Assembly (NCBI GenBank): GCA_965223665.1 | Contig: OZ245011.1 | Span: forward strand, 992,001-1,056,000 | DNA: 64,000 nucleotides | Reading direction: 5' to 3' | From: Nitrospinaceae bacterium | GTDB lineage: Bacteria > Nitrospinota > Nitrospinia > Nitrospinales > Nitrospinaceae | Shown here: positions 31,164 to 41,670 of the stretch, in pieces | How positions within the stretch are numbered: position 1 is the first letter of the stretch | Layout: each line of letters begins with the position of its first letter | The notes under the pieces: generated by a model | Seen by the model: the letters and a program-made list of their open reading frames with translations, nothing else | Database searches by the model: none | What the model was told of the DNA's origin: nothing | Position numbers and translations under genes: made by a program

Positions 31164-31975
31164 AGACTTCTAAACAAAGCTCAATTGCTTGTTCAAAACC
31201 ATTATTTAAATTAAATAATATTTCATTTTCCTATTCAAAGTTCCCTGTTCTTAAGAACATTTATTTAAACATACAGGAAAAAGAATTTACGGCCATTATT
31301 GGTCCTAATGGATCGGGGAAATCTACTTTGCTTAAGCTTTTTGGCGGAATTCTAAGTACGGGTCCCAACAAAATATATTTTAAAGGCCAGGATATTACCA
31401 AAATAAAGAGAAAGTCTCTCGCTACTTCTATTTCCTGGATTCCTCAAGACCATTCCATGCCATTTTCTTTTAAGGTAATGGAAATAGTCATGATGGGTCG
31501 ACACCCATATCTGCCACCATTAGCTTTTGAATCAGACCATGACAATCAAATTGCACAAAATGCATTAAAACTTACGGACACTCTTCAATTCCATAATAAA
31601 AGTTTTAATCAAATTAGTGGTGGAGAAAAACAAAGGGTTCTTTTAGCCAGCGCCATTGCACAAGAGCCTGAAATAATGCTCTTGGACGAACCAACATCTG
31701 CATTGGACTTAAAATATCAAATCCAAATATTAAATATTTTAAAACTACTCAACGAAACCAAAAACACATCATTAATTTTGGCCATGCATGATTTGCATTT
31801 GGCATCCAAATTTTGCAAGCGTCTGATCCTATTAAAAAATGGAGAAATATTTGCAGATGGAACTCCTCAAAATGTTTTAAAAAAAGAAATCTTAGAAAAA
31901 GTTTATGAAGTAGAAATAGATTTAATTACAAATTTGGAGGATGGGAGCATATTGGTTTCTCCAAAATCATCATAA
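31160..31975 (+). CDS. btuD: Cobalamin/iron ABC transporter ATP-binding protein
   Basis: GPNGSGKST, ISGGEKQR, LLDEPT. Confidence 0.85.
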   Translation: MKTSKQSSIACSKPLFKLNNISFSYSKFPVLKNIYLNIQEKEFTAIIGPNGSGKSTLLKLFGGILSTGPNKIYFKGQDITKIKRKSLATSISWIPQDHSMPFSFKVMEIVMMGRHPYLPPLAFESDHDNQIAQNALKLTDTLQFHNKSFNQISGGEKQRVLLASAIAQEPEIMLLDEPTSALDLKYQIQILNILKLLNETKNTSLILAMHDLHLASKFCKRLILLKNGEIFADGTPQNVLKKEILEKVYEVEIDLITNLEDGSILVSPKSS

Positions 31976-32997
31976 TGAATAAATTAGGCCAAATAAATAC
32001 CTCAAACCAATACATAAAAATCATTTTCATTTTTATTCTTATATACGTTATCACTCTATGCATAGTTCCTTTAATCGGCCCAACCCAAATAGATTTTGTG
32101 AAGGCATTCTCAAGCAGCATTCCCGCTAAAGACAATATCGACGCAAATATTTTATTTTTAGCGCGATTGCCTCGAATTTTATTAGGATCTATTGCCGGTG
32201 GTTCTTTTGCAGTTGCAGGGGCCGTTTTACAGGCTTTGTTAAGAAATGATCTAGCAGCTCCTTTTACTTTGGGTGTTTCCAGTGGAGCAGCTTTAGGAGC
32301 AGTTATAGCAATTAGCTTAAATTTAAATTTTGTAATTTTGGGTTTTTCTACCGTCCCACTGGCAGCTTTCCTGGGAGCATTAGGCGCCATTATTTTAGTT
32401 TTTAGCTTAGTCAAAACACAACATGGAGATTTTCCTACTGCAGTCCTACTTTTAGCGGGAGTCGCAGCAAACTTTTTCTTTGCCTCACTTGTAATGTTCA
32501 TTCATTACTTAGCCGACTTTACCAGGTCTTTCCAAATTGTAAGGTGGTTAATGGGAGGATTAGACACCACAGACTATCAAACCATCATGTCTCTATTTCC
32601 ACTGGTTTTTTTTGGCGTTAGCATTCTAATTTTTTATTCCCGCGACATTAATTTAATCAGTGCCGGTTGGGATACTGCCAAAAGTAGAGGAGTGGATGTA
32701 ATTCATGTACAAAAAATCGGTTTTGTCATGTCATCTCTTATTGCAGGCACAGTTGTGGCTGCCACCGGTCCCATTGGCTTTGTAGGACTTATTGTCCCAC
32801 ACATCGTCAGGTTAATGGTAGGACCTGACTTAAGGATACTTATTCCCGCTTCGTTTTTCTTTGGAGCAAGTTTTTTGATAATTTGTGATACCATTGCCCG
32901 CACCCTATTGGCTCCCTCTGAAATTCCTGTTGGAATAATTACAGCAATAATAGGAGGTCCATTTTTTGTATGGCTCCTAAAAAAACAATCCAGGTAA
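31975..32997 (+). CDS. btuC: Cobalamin/iron ABC transporter permease (FecCD/BtuC family)
   Basis: RLPR, LRNDLAAPFTLGVSSGA, GPIGFVGLIVPH, EIPVG. Confidence 0.85.
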   Translation: MNKLGQINTSNQYIKIIFIFILIYVITLCIVPLIGPTQIDFVKAFSSSIPAKDNIDANILFLARLPRILLGSIAGGSFAVAGAVLQALLRNDLAAPFTLGVSSGAALGAVIAISLNLNFVILGFSTVPLAAFLGALGAIILVFSLVKTQHGDFPTAVLLLAGVAANFFFASLVMFIHYLADFTRSFQIVRWLMGGLDTTDYQTIMSLFPLVFFGVSILIFYSRDINLISAGWDTAKSRGVDVIHVQKIGFVMSSLIAGTVVAATGPIGFVGLIVPHIVRLMVGPDLRILIPASFFFGASFLIICDTIARTLLAPSEIPVGIITAIIGGPFFVWLLKKQSR

Positions 32998-33000
32998 ACC

Positions 33001-34515
33001 ATGAAAGCAAAACCATTAATGATACAAGGAACCGGATCAGGAGTTGGAAAGAGCATAATTACCGCAGGGTTATGCAGACATTTCTATAAACAGGGATATA
33101 AGGTTGCGCCCTTTAAGGCTCAAAATATGTCTTTGAACTCCTTCATCACAAAAGAGGGAGGAGAAATGGGTCGAGCTCAAGTTTATCAGGCAGAAGCTTG
33201 TAATATTGAGCCCCATGTAGCTATGAACCCAGTCTTATTAAAACCCTGCGAGGATAATTTATCCCAGGTCATAGTTATGGGAAAAGTTTACGGTCAAAGA
33301 AATGCAAAGGATTATTATTTAGAAAAACCCTCTTATGTTGATCAGGTAAATTCAGCTTATAATTTTCTTAAGGAACGATTCGAAATTATAGTTATAGAAG
33401 GAGCTGGTTCTCCCGCCGAAATTAATCTAAAAAACAAAGACTTTGTAAATATGTTCATGGCAAAAAAATCTAATTCACCTGTCCTACTTGTAGGTGACAT
33501 TGATTGTGGCGGTGTGTTTGCCTGGCTCAAGGGAACCCTCGATCTCTTAGAACCCGACGAACAAGACAGAATAGCGGGTTTTATCATAAATAAATTTAGA
33601 GGAGACATTGACCTTCTAAAACCAGGTTTAAACCAATTGGAAGATATGACAGGAAAACCGGTTTTGGGTGTTTTACCTTTCGATCCCAATCTTTTTGTAG
33701 ATGAAGAGGACGCAATTCCTCATTTATCTAAAGGCGCAAATAATTATCATAGTGAATGCCTGGATATAGCTGTCATAAGATTCCCAAGAATATCTAATTT
33801 TACCGATATGTCTCCCTTAGTGCATGATCCCAATATTTCCCTAAGATATATTTGGAATACTCAACAATTGGGTTCTCCAGATTTAATAATATTGCCTGGC
33901 TCAAAAAATACAATTGCGGATTTACAATTTTTAAAAAACCAAAATTTGGATAAAGCGATTAAAAATGTTCACAAGCAAGGTACTCCTGTCCTAGGAATTT
34001 GTGGGGGTTTTCAAATGATGGGGCAGACACTGTTTGACCCAGACCAGGTAGATGGAAAAGATAAATTTGAAACAGGGCTAGGATTAATCAAATCGGAAAC
34101 AACCTTTCACAAAAACAAAACCACAAAACAAGTTTCATCAGTTACAATCCCCAATCCGCTTATGGAAGCGGGAATACTAGTGGAGGGCTATGAGATTCAT
34201 ATGGGAAAAACTGAATTCAAAGAAACTTATGTCCCACTATTTAAAAATGAAAACCAACTTCTTAATGAATCTCTGGGGATATCAAATTCCCGAGGAGACA
34301 TTTTAGGGACATATCTTCACGGAATTTTAGATAAAGATTTTTTTAGAAATACTTTTTTGAACTACGTTAGGAAATACCGAGGAAAACCTTTATCAAACGA
34401 GTTCTGGAATTATCAGGAGTTTCGTTTTGAGCAATTGGATAAGTTAGAACACCTAATTAGTCAGAATTTAGACGTAAAAAAAATCAGTAAAATAATGGGG
34501 TTATCAAATGAATGA
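33001..34515 (+). CDS. cobQ: Cobyric acid synthase
   Basis: QGTGSGVGKS, PFKAQNMSLNS, EGAGSPAEINL, GICGGFQM, GTYLHG. Confidence 0.97.
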   Translation: MKAKPLMIQGTGSGVGKSIITAGLCRHFYKQGYKVAPFKAQNMSLNSFITKEGGEMGRAQVYQAEACNIEPHVAMNPVLLKPCEDNLSQVIVMGKVYGQRNAKDYYLEKPSYVDQVNSAYNFLKERFEIIVIEGAGSPAEINLKNKDFVNMFMAKKSNSPVLLVGDIDCGGVFAWLKGTLDLLEPDEQDRIAGFIINKFRGDIDLLKPGLNQLEDMTGKPVLGVLPFDPNLFVDEEDAIPHLSKGANNYHSECLDIAVIRFPRISNFTDMSPLVHDPNISLRYIWNTQQLGSPDLIILPGSKNTIADLQFLKNQNLDKAIKNVHKQGTPVLGICGGFQMMGQTLFDPDQVDGKDKFETGLGLIKSETTFHKNKTTKQVSSVTIPNPLMEAGILVEGYEIHMGKTEFKETYVPLFKNENQLLNESLGISNSRGDILGTYLHGILDKDFFRNTFLNYVRKYRGKPLSNEFWNYQEFRFEQLDKLEHLISQNLDVKKISKIMGLSNE

Positions 34516-35089
34516 TAATTCAACATAGAGAGTCCCCTTTCAAAAATGAAAACCAAACGTTACTCAAATATAGCCAACCAACGAAGTTCATAAATTCATC
34601 CGTTTCTAAAACACCTACAAAGAATTCTTTACATTCTATATCTCCTTCTTCAAAAAAATTAATTTGTAAACCATCTTCCGGTGTGCAGTTTGTGAGTTTT
34701 TCAGCCCATGAATCAAAATCGACAAATATTACCCAACCTCTTCCTCTTTCTACAAAAACCTCTATAATAAAAAATATTCCCTTAGGATCAGAGACTAAGA
34801 AACTATGGGCGTTATTCACTCACAAAGTTAGAAAAATAGTTGATCTCGCAAAACATTATTCTCGGAAAGTACTTCGCCGGAGTTGGCTAGGACAGCCTGT
34901 GGTTAGCTTCACTCTCGACCGTAGCGGAAAAATCATTAATTTATCCTTGGAAAAAACATCAGGCCACGATATTTTAGATAAAATTGTTTTAGAAACTGTT
35001 AATAAAGCAGAACCTTATCCTAAATTTCAAAGGCACTAAAGTTGCAATCCCATAAATTTGAACTTCCAATATCTTTTAACTTGGATTAA
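34512..35089 (+). pseudogene. Degenerate TonB-family (TonB C-terminal domain) gene with frameshift near 35028
   Basis: VSFTLDRSGKI...SGHDILDK...AEPYPKF then stop at 35039; the -1 frame continues KALKLQSHKFELPISFNLD to TAA 35089; no N-terminal TM anchor. Confidence 0.65.
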
Positions 35090-35091
35090 AA

Positions 35092-35823
35092 ATGAAAAAA
35101 ACAATAATTTTATTTTCATTAATTTTCATATTTGTCCCCCTTTCTCTTTCCGCTAAAACCTTGAAGATAGATTCCGATGGGGATGGAAACATTGACCAAT
35201 GGCAATACCTATCTGAAAACGAAGCTATTTTGAAAATTGTTTACGACAAAAATCGAGACAGACGAGCTGATCAAATCGATTATTATAATGAAAACTCAAC
35301 CGTAATAAGGACGGCCATTGATAGAAATTTGGACGGCAAAATGGATCAGTATCAATATTATAGCAATGATGCCGTTCTGCTTCGAATAGAAAAGGATACT
35401 GATTTTAAGGGAAGAATAAATTGGAAAGAACTATATTCCCCCGAGGGATTAATTCAACGAATTTCCATTGACTCAGATTCTAATGGCCGATTTGATACTT
35501 GGAAACTTTTTGATAAAAATGAAAAACTGGTACGGATTGAAAGAGATCTTAACCAAGATGGCAAGATAGATACATGGGATATATTTAATCAAAGCGGTAA
35601 CTTCTTATACAGTGCTTTTGATACCAATGAAGATAAAATAGCAGACCAGTGGCATTATTTTTCAGAAAATAACTTGTTAGATAGAATCGAATTTGATAGA
35701 AATTTTGATCGGAAAATTGATAGATGGGAGTACTATTCAAAAGGAAATTTAGATCGAATTGAATTAGACCGAAATTTTGATGGAAAATTAGATCTGGTAA
35801 AAAGGGAGGGAGAGGAAAAATAA
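35092..35823 (+). CDS. Secreted protein with nine DxN/DxDGxxD repeats
   Basis: Signal peptide; about 23-aa repeats such as DSDGDGNIDQW, DRNLDGKMDQY, DLNQDGKIDTW. Confidence 0.8.
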   Translation: MKKTIILFSLIFIFVPLSLSAKTLKIDSDGDGNIDQWQYLSENEAILKIVYDKNRDRRADQIDYYNENSTVIRTAIDRNLDGKMDQYQYYSNDAVLLRIEKDTDFKGRINWKELYSPEGLIQRISIDSDSNGRFDTWKLFDKNEKLVRIERDLNQDGKIDTWDIFNQSGNFLYSAFDTNEDKIADQWHYFSENNLLDRIEFDRNFDRKIDRWEYYSKGNLDRIELDRNFDGKLDLVKREGEEK

Positions 35824-36218
35824 TGCTTCATTGTAAAAGAAATATTGCGTTTTTATCTATACTGTTATTCTTAACTTCTTGTTCGCCACAACCTACAGTC
35901 GAAGTCCCGGCCGAATTTAAAAAAGGACAAGAATATTTTCATCGTGTTTGCTCTAATTGCCATGGTTCTGACGCAATGGGAGGTCATACCAAAGCTCCAC
36001 GTTTGATAGACACGGATTACATCATTAGTGAATTTTCAGATGAAGATATTCGAGAAACCATTTTAAATGGTACGGATAAAATGCCCTCCCAAAAAACTAA
36101 CGTTACTCAAGAGGAAATTACAGAAATTATTAAATACTTAAGGTACTCCCAAAAAGTGGCTGATTTAGTAATTGAGGAGGATGAACCAGAGGAAGATGAA
36201 GAGCAAGAAGAAGAATAG
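35823..36218 (+). CDS. Monoheme c-type cytochrome lipoprotein
   Basis: Lipobox LTSC, CSNCH heme motif, distal KMP, acidic tail. Confidence 0.88.
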   Translation: MLHCKRNIAFLSILLFLTSCSPQPTVEVPAEFKKGQEYFHRVCSNCHGSDAMGGHTKAPRLIDTDYIISEFSDEDIRETILNGTDKMPSQKTNVTQEEITEIIKYLRYSQKVADLVIEEDEPEEDEEQEEE

Positions 36219-36360
36219 TTGCACCAATACCATTTCTGACATTTTTCCAATCATTTAAAACTGATAATCAGGTTGTCTTGACAGAGCAATCGATTTTGGC
36301 TAAATTGGTCCCTTTTTTATCCCCTATTCAAATTACCTGACCCTGGAGGAAGCTCTATAT

Positions 36361-37602
36361 ATGTCAATCGATGAAAGTTATATTCAAAATTGTTTTGCGG
36401 ACAGATTAGGTGGGAACCAATTTGGCAAAGACACCAAAATTTACAAGTTCGAAAAAATTAAGCGGGCTAAAAAAGCCGCTCTGGAAGCCAACCCTGGAAA
36501 AGAATTATTCGATATGGGTGTTGGGGAACCCGATGAAATGGCTCATCCCGGAGTGGTTAAAGCTTTACAATTGGAAGCAGAAAAGCCGGAAAACCGAGGT
36601 TACACAGATAACGGAATTGAAGAATTCAAAGAAGCGGCTGTTAAATATATGGAAACCACTTTTGGTGTGAAGGGATTAGATCCTAAAAAACATGTTAACC
36701 ACTCCATAGGTTCCAAACCGGGTTTAGCTTTAATTCCCAATATTTTTATTAATCCCGGTGATATTACATTGATGACAGTTCCGGGATATCCTGTAATGGG
36801 AACCCATACTCAATACCTGGGAGGGAAAGTCATCAATCTGCCATTAACAGAAGACAATAATTTTTTACCAAACTTGAAAGATATTGACGCCGAAACCGCA
36901 AAAAAAACCAAACTCCTTTATATAAATTATCCCAATAATCCTACAGGTGCTAATGCCACTAAAGAATTTTATGAAGAAGTTGTAGAGTTTGCAAAAGCTA
37001 ACAATATTATTGTCATACAGGATGCAGCTTATGCGACCTTAACTTATGACGAGTCCCCACTTAGTTTCCTCTCAGTTCCAGGGGCATTAGATGTGGGCGC
37101 AGAGCTTCATTCTCACTCTAAAGCCTACAACATGACCGGATGGAGATTAGCTTTTATTGTAGGAAATGAGTTAGTTGTAAAGGGTTTTGCCAATGTGAAA
37201 GACAATATTGATTCCGGTCAATTTGCAGCTATTCAAAAAGCAGGGATCTATGCTTTAGAACACCCTGAAATTACAAAAGAGATTGTTGAAAAATATAAAC
37301 GTCGATTAAAGAATCTGGTGGATACTTTAAACTCAGTTGGTTTTTCGGCAAAAATGCCTGGAGGTTCATTTTTTCTTTATGCCAAGGCCCCAATTGGAAT
37401 TAAAGGTGGACAAAAGTTTGAAAATGCAGAAGCATTTTCTCAATATTTAATAACCGAGCATTCGATTTCAACGGTGCCCTGGGATGACGTGGGAAGTTTT
37501 GTCCGATTTTCTGCAACCTTTGCAGCCAAAAGCATCGACGAAGAACAAAGAATTATGAATGAAATTCGAACTCGACTTTCAAAAGTAGAATTTGAATTTT
37601 AA
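36361..37602 (+). CDS. dapL: LL-diaminopimelate aminotransferase
   Basis: DMGVGEPD, IGSKPGL, NYPNNPTG, DAAY, HSHSKAYNMTGWRL, NIDSGQF. Confidence 0.88.
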   Translation: MSIDESYIQNCFADRLGGNQFGKDTKIYKFEKIKRAKKAALEANPGKELFDMGVGEPDEMAHPGVVKALQLEAEKPENRGYTDNGIEEFKEAAVKYMETTFGVKGLDPKKHVNHSIGSKPGLALIPNIFINPGDITLMTVPGYPVMGTHTQYLGGKVINLPLTEDNNFLPNLKDIDAETAKKTKLLYINYPNNPTGANATKEFYEEVVEFAKANNIIVIQDAAYATLTYDESPLSFLSVPGALDVGAELHSHSKAYNMTGWRLAFIVGNELVVKGFANVKDNIDSGQFAAIQKAGIYALEHPEITKEIVEKYKRRLKNLVDTLNSVGFSAKMPGGSFFLYAKAPIGIKGGQKFENAEAFSQYLITEHSISTVPWDDVGSFVRFSATFAAKSIDEEQRIMNEIRTRLSKVEFEF

Positions 37603-37621
37603 TTGTTAGGAGCATCGATCC

Positions 37622-38110
37622 ATGGCGTCAACTGTTTTCCTGGGGCTAGGATCTAATTTGGGCAACCCAAAGGAAAATATTCTGCGGGCCATTCAACAAT
37701 TGCAATTGCTTCCTAATACAAAATTATTAAATCAATCTTCTTTATATCGCACTGAGCCATTTGGAAAAACAGATCAAAGCTGGTTTTTAAACTCTGTTGT
37801 TCAAATACTGACTGATTTCTCTCCACAGGAACTACTGTTTTCTCTAATGGCCTTGGAAAGAGGAATGGGCCGCATGCGGATAGAAAAATGGGGCCCACGA
37901 ATAATTGATTTAGATATCTTGTATTTTGATGATTTGGTATTAAACGAAGAAGAACTAAAAATTCCGCACCCAGGAATTTCAGAAAGAGATTTTGTTTTAG
38001 TTCCCCTCAATGAAATAGCTCCTGATTACATTCATCCATATCTCCATAAAACCAACAAACAATTGTTAGAAGAATTACCCGAACCGCAACAGGTTGAAAA
38101 ACTTGATTAA
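37622..38110 (+). CDS. folK: 2-amino-4-hydroxy-6-hydroxymethyldihydropteridine diphosphokinase
   Basis: LGLGSNLG, KWGPRIIDLDIL, IPHP. Confidence 0.97.
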   Translation: MASTVFLGLGSNLGNPKENILRAIQQLQLLPNTKLLNQSSLYRTEPFGKTDQSWFLNSVVQILTDFSPQELLFSLMALERGMGRMRIEKWGPRIIDLDILYFDDLVLNEEELKIPHPGISERDFVLVPLNEIAPDYIHPYLHKTNKQLLEELPEPQQVEKLD

Positions 38111-39300
38111 ATTTCTGCTGTTTTTAATTCTAATATCTCCATTTTTTCTATCGCTTCGGACATTAATTGTTGCCAGGGATATTTCAATTCATCTTCATTC
38201 ATATACTTTGATTTGCCCCGTGTCACTGGTTTCGGAGGCATAAAAACAGAGCAACAATCCGGATGAGGTTCAATACTTATTTCATAAGTTTCCAACGCTT
38301 TAGCCTCTGAAATAATTTCTTGTTTCCCCATTCCAATCAAGGGACGAAATACACTCATTGTAACCACTTCTGAAACTACACTTAAGTTCTCTAAAGTTTG
38401 TGAAGCCACTTGGCCTAAAGATTCACCTGTCACTAAACCTTTATATCCAAATGATTGTGCCACCGCTTCAGCAATTCGATACATCATTCTTCTATATAAA
38501 ACCACTCGATTACTGGGAGTGCATTGATCGCGAATAGAAATCTGAATATTTTCAAAAGGAACAACAAATAATTTGCCTTTACCTTGAAAACGGTTCAAAA
38601 CTTTCGCTAGACGTAAAACCTTATCGTACCCCCCTCGTCCCATAAAAGGTTGATTATCAAAAAATATTCCATGGGCTATACATCCTCTACGTATCATTCG
38701 AAACATAGCCACTGGACTATCAATTCCCCCGGAAATCATACCCAAAACTGGACCGGAACTGCCCACTGGCAACCCACATAACCCCTTAATGCGGTTAGAA
38801 AAAATGACTGTTTGTTCCTGTCCGATTTCAATTTCCAATACATACTCTGCTTCATTAATGTTTACCCTTAACCCATTCGGTTGCAAATTCGCCATAATCC
38901 GACCCCCAACTTCACGGTCGATTTCTTGTGAAGTATGAGGAAACAACTTATTAGACCTTTGAGTACGAACACAAAATTTCAATTCACTTTTATTTTTTAA
39001 TATAGGATCTATCCAATCAATGCCAATCTTCGCAAGTTTGTCGAAATCTGGCTCTGTTTCAATTCCTACACTCATTGATGAAATCCCCGGAACAAATTGT
39101 AGTCCATTAATACAATCCTCAACTTGACTTTCAAGACAAGCAATCATGACTCGACCATGAGGAGCTCTTATTCGAATATTTTTTAATTCCCTAAGTTTTT
39201 GTTGAATATTGCTAACCAGGCAATCGATGAACATCCAGCGATTCTTGCCTTTAAGTCCAATTTCGTCGTATCGAATTAAAATGGTTCTATCTTTGTTCAT
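38107..39300 (-). CDS. thiI: tRNA 4-thiouridine synthase (THUMP + PP-loop, no rhodanese domain)
   Basis: RYDEIGLKGKNR, GLPVG, SGGIDSPVA, GESLGQVASQTLEN, DCC. Confidence 0.95.
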   Translation of the reverse strand: MNKDRTILIRYDEIGLKGKNRWMFIDCLVSNIQQKLRELKNIRIRAPHGRVMIACLESQVEDCINGLQFVPGISSMSVGIETEPDFDKLAKIGIDWIDPILKNKSELKFCVRTQRSNKLFPHTSQEIDREVGGRIMANLQPNGLRVNINEAEYVLEIEIGQEQTVIFSNRIKGLCGLPVGSSGPVLGMISGGIDSPVAMFRMIRRGCIAHGIFFDNQPFMGRGGYDKVLRLAKVLNRFQGKGKLFVVPFENIQISIRDQCTPSNRVVLYRRMMYRIAEAVAQSFGYKGLVTGESLGQVASQTLENLSVVSEVVTMSVFRPLIGMGKQEIISEAKALETYEISIEPHPDCCSVFMPPKPVTRGKSKYMNEDELKYPWQQLMSEAIEKMEILELKTAEI

Positions 39301-40487
39301 GAGTGAGAAGCATGCTGTTTGAAAAGGGAAAACAATTCATCATAGAATTTAGCAAATTGGACTATAAACTTGTCTATTTCTTGGATGGTATTATTGCGAT
39401 TAAAAGAAATCCTCAAACTGCAACGGGCTTCTTGAGGAGACAACCCAATTCCAATCAATATTTTTGATGGTTCTTTAGAATGAGCACTACAGGCACTCCC
39501 TAGTCCTACAAAAATATTTTCTTTCTCCAAGTGGTGAAGAATAATTTCTCCTTCTACAGGGAAAAATGAAAAGTTCACAATCCCTGGAGATTGAAAGGGA
39601 TCATTTGGATTTGGGGAAGAATTGAATTTTAAATTCAAATGAGGCATTTTGTCATTTAAATCATTTAATCTCTTAATCAAATAATTGCTCAGTTTTTCTA
39701 AATGCTCTTTCGTTTCTTCCTGATGTTTAATGGCAATTTTGATGGTTTCTGCAACCCCTATTATTAGAGGTACTGGGAGTGTCCCTGATAACAGACCAAA
39801 TTGCTGGTTCCCTCCATGTATTAAAGGATTTAATGATAAGTTTCCATCAAAAATCAATAAGCCAATCCCTTTAGGCCCATGTATTTTATGTGCTGATATG
39901 GAATATCCGGAAACATTTCCCCAAAGCTCCTTATCCAACTTTATTTTACCGACTGCCTGCACTCCATCCAAAAATAAGCGTGTCTTAGAGGATACACCTT
40001 TTAGAATAGGCGCCACATGCAATGGATCATTAATACTTCCCAGTTCATTATTTACATGTGACAGGCAAAGCAACTTTACTTTTTTATCCTTTAATTCAGA
40101 AATACCCTTTAAGTCTAAGGTTCCGTTTTTTTGATATTTTAAAAGGGAAATTGAAGCATTTCCCATTTCATTAAAGTACTCTAATGTTTTGGAAACACTT
40201 GGATGCTCCAGTCCCAAATTTGCAGCCAATTTATCGGGAAAACATAACCCTTTAATAAATAAATTATTGGAAGCACTACCTCCACTAGTAAAAACTATTT
40301 TGAAGCGGGCAGGAATATTCAAGCTTTCACGAATTGAGGTTTCAGCGTCTTCAATTTTCTTTTTTGCATCTAAACCTAAACTATAAACAGTTCCTGAGTT
40401 TCCAAAATCTTTTCGAAAAGACTCTTCTATTACACCTATCACTTCAGGATCCATAGGTGTGGTTGCTGCATTATCAAAATAAATCAT
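39297..40487 (-). CDS. Cysteine desulfurase (IscS/NifS family)
   Basis: YFDNAATT, HVNNELG, SAHKIHGPKGIG, GSACS; coupled to thiI. Confidence 0.93.
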   Translation of the reverse strand: MIYFDNAATTPMDPEVIGVIEESFRKDFGNSGTVYSLGLDAKKKIEDAETSIRESLNIPARFKIVFTSGGSASNNLFIKGLCFPDKLAANLGLEHPSVSKTLEYFNEMGNASISLLKYQKNGTLDLKGISELKDKKVKLLCLSHVNNELGSINDPLHVAPILKGVSSKTRLFLDGVQAVGKIKLDKELWGNVSGYSISAHKIHGPKGIGLLIFDGNLSLNPLIHGGNQQFGLLSGTLPVPLIIGVAETIKIAIKHQEETKEHLEKLSNYLIKRLNDLNDKMPHLNLKFNSSPNPNDPFQSPGIVNFSFFPVEGEIILHHLEKENIFVGLGSACSAHSKEPSKILIGIGLSPQEARCSLRISFNRNNTIQEIDKFIVQFAKFYDELFSLFKQHASHS

Positions 40488-40501
40488 AAACTCAAGGAAA
40501 G

Positions 40502-41056
40502 TTAGGGTTGGTAGGGTTTAAATAAATCGTGTTCAACATCCAAGTGATTTAATATTCTGCCTACAACAAAATTAACTAAATCTATAATATTTTTAGGTTG
40601 GTTATAAAACCCTGGATTTGCTGGCAAAATAAGTGCTCCAGCCTGATCAAGCGTCAGCAGGTTTTTCAGGTGAATTGTACTTAAGGGTGTTTCTCTTGGA
40701 ACAACTATCAATTTATTTTTTTCTTTTAAGACCACATCTGCCGAACGCTCAATTAGAGATTGGGAAATACCTGAAGCAATCCTTCCAATAGTTCCCATAC
40801 TGGCAGGAACTATCACCATACCATCTGTCGGAAAAGAACCACTGGCAATACTTGAATTGATTTTTGAATTCTTATATAAAGTCACATTTTCTTTTTCAAA
40901 ATAATTCAACGAGATGTCTAATTCCAATTTAAGCAATTCAAAACTTCGCTCTGAAATAATTACATGCAATTCTGATCTGGGTTGTAAATAATCAAAAAGA
41001 TGCTTTGCATAAACCACCCCACTTGCACCAGTAATGGCTAAAATAAATCGTTTCAT
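40502..41056 (-). CDS. ubiX: Flavin prenyltransferase
   Basis: ITGASG, IASGSF, VPRETPLSTIHL, PGFY. Confidence 0.94.
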   Translation of the reverse strand: MKRFILAITGASGVVYAKHLFDYLQPRSELHVIISERSFELLKLELDISLNYFEKENVTLYKNSKINSSIASGSFPTDGMVIVPASMGTIGRIASGISQSLIERSADVVLKEKNKLIVVPRETPLSTIHLKNLLTLDQAGALILPANPGFYNQPKNIIDLVNFVVGRILNHLDVEHDLFKPYQP

Positions 41057-41670
41057 TTAACCTGTTTTTTCAAAACAATATCTACCTCTTTTACTATAGA
41101 ATGATGAACCGCTTCTACAGGCAGATCACTATTAATAATTTTAATATGTGAACCCGAAAACGAATCAAAAATGTTTTGAACCTGATTCAAATACTCTTTT
41201 TTTTCGAATGAACTAAAGTTTTCTCGCCCTTCTCGAATTCTTTTAAAGCTTTCTTCTATTGTTCCCCGAAATAACAAAACCAAATCCGGACGTGGGGCAA
41301 ATGTCTCGTTTTCTTCACAAATCTTATTGGGGTCAAAACCCAATGCACCTTGATAAGCAGCAGTGGAATAATAATATCTATCTACTAATACAATTTTTTT
41401 TTCCCTTAAAGCAGGCAAAATATTAAGATCAACATCCTCACGTCGGTCATTCATAAAATATTGCAATTCCTCTTCGGCTGAAATATCACCCCTGCCATGA
41501 GTCAAAATATTTCGAATTTTTTGCCCCCATTTACCTTGCGTCGGTTCTCTTAACCGTAAAACTGAAAATCCATTAATTTCTAAATAATCTCCCAGCAACT
41601 TACATTGAGTGGACTTTCCTGTACCATCAATCCCCTCAAAAGCAATTAAATATCCCCTTGATCTTTCCAC
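41053..41670 (-). CDS. tmk: Thymidylate kinase
   Basis: FEGIDGTGKST, REPT, DRYYYST.AYQG. Confidence 0.95.
   Translation of the reverse strand: MERSRGYLIAFEGIDGTGKSTQCKLLGDYLEINGFSVLRLREPTQGKWGQKIRNILTHGRGDISAEEELQYFMNDRREDVDLNILPALREKKIVLVDRYYYSTAAYQGALGFDPNKICEENETFAPRPDLVLLFRGTIEESFKRIREGRENFSSFEKKEYLNQVQNIFDSFSGSHIKIINSDLPVEAVHHSIVKEVDIVLKKQVK

Noticed and set aside
35160-35800. CRISPR or DNA tandem repeat
   Set aside because: Periodicity is at protein level with divergent codons; no CRISPR array or cas gene was seen anywhere in the window
38107-40487. Rhodanese-less ThiI next to a cysteine desulfurase as a novelty
   Set aside because: This arrangement is already established, for example Bacillus nifZ-thiI
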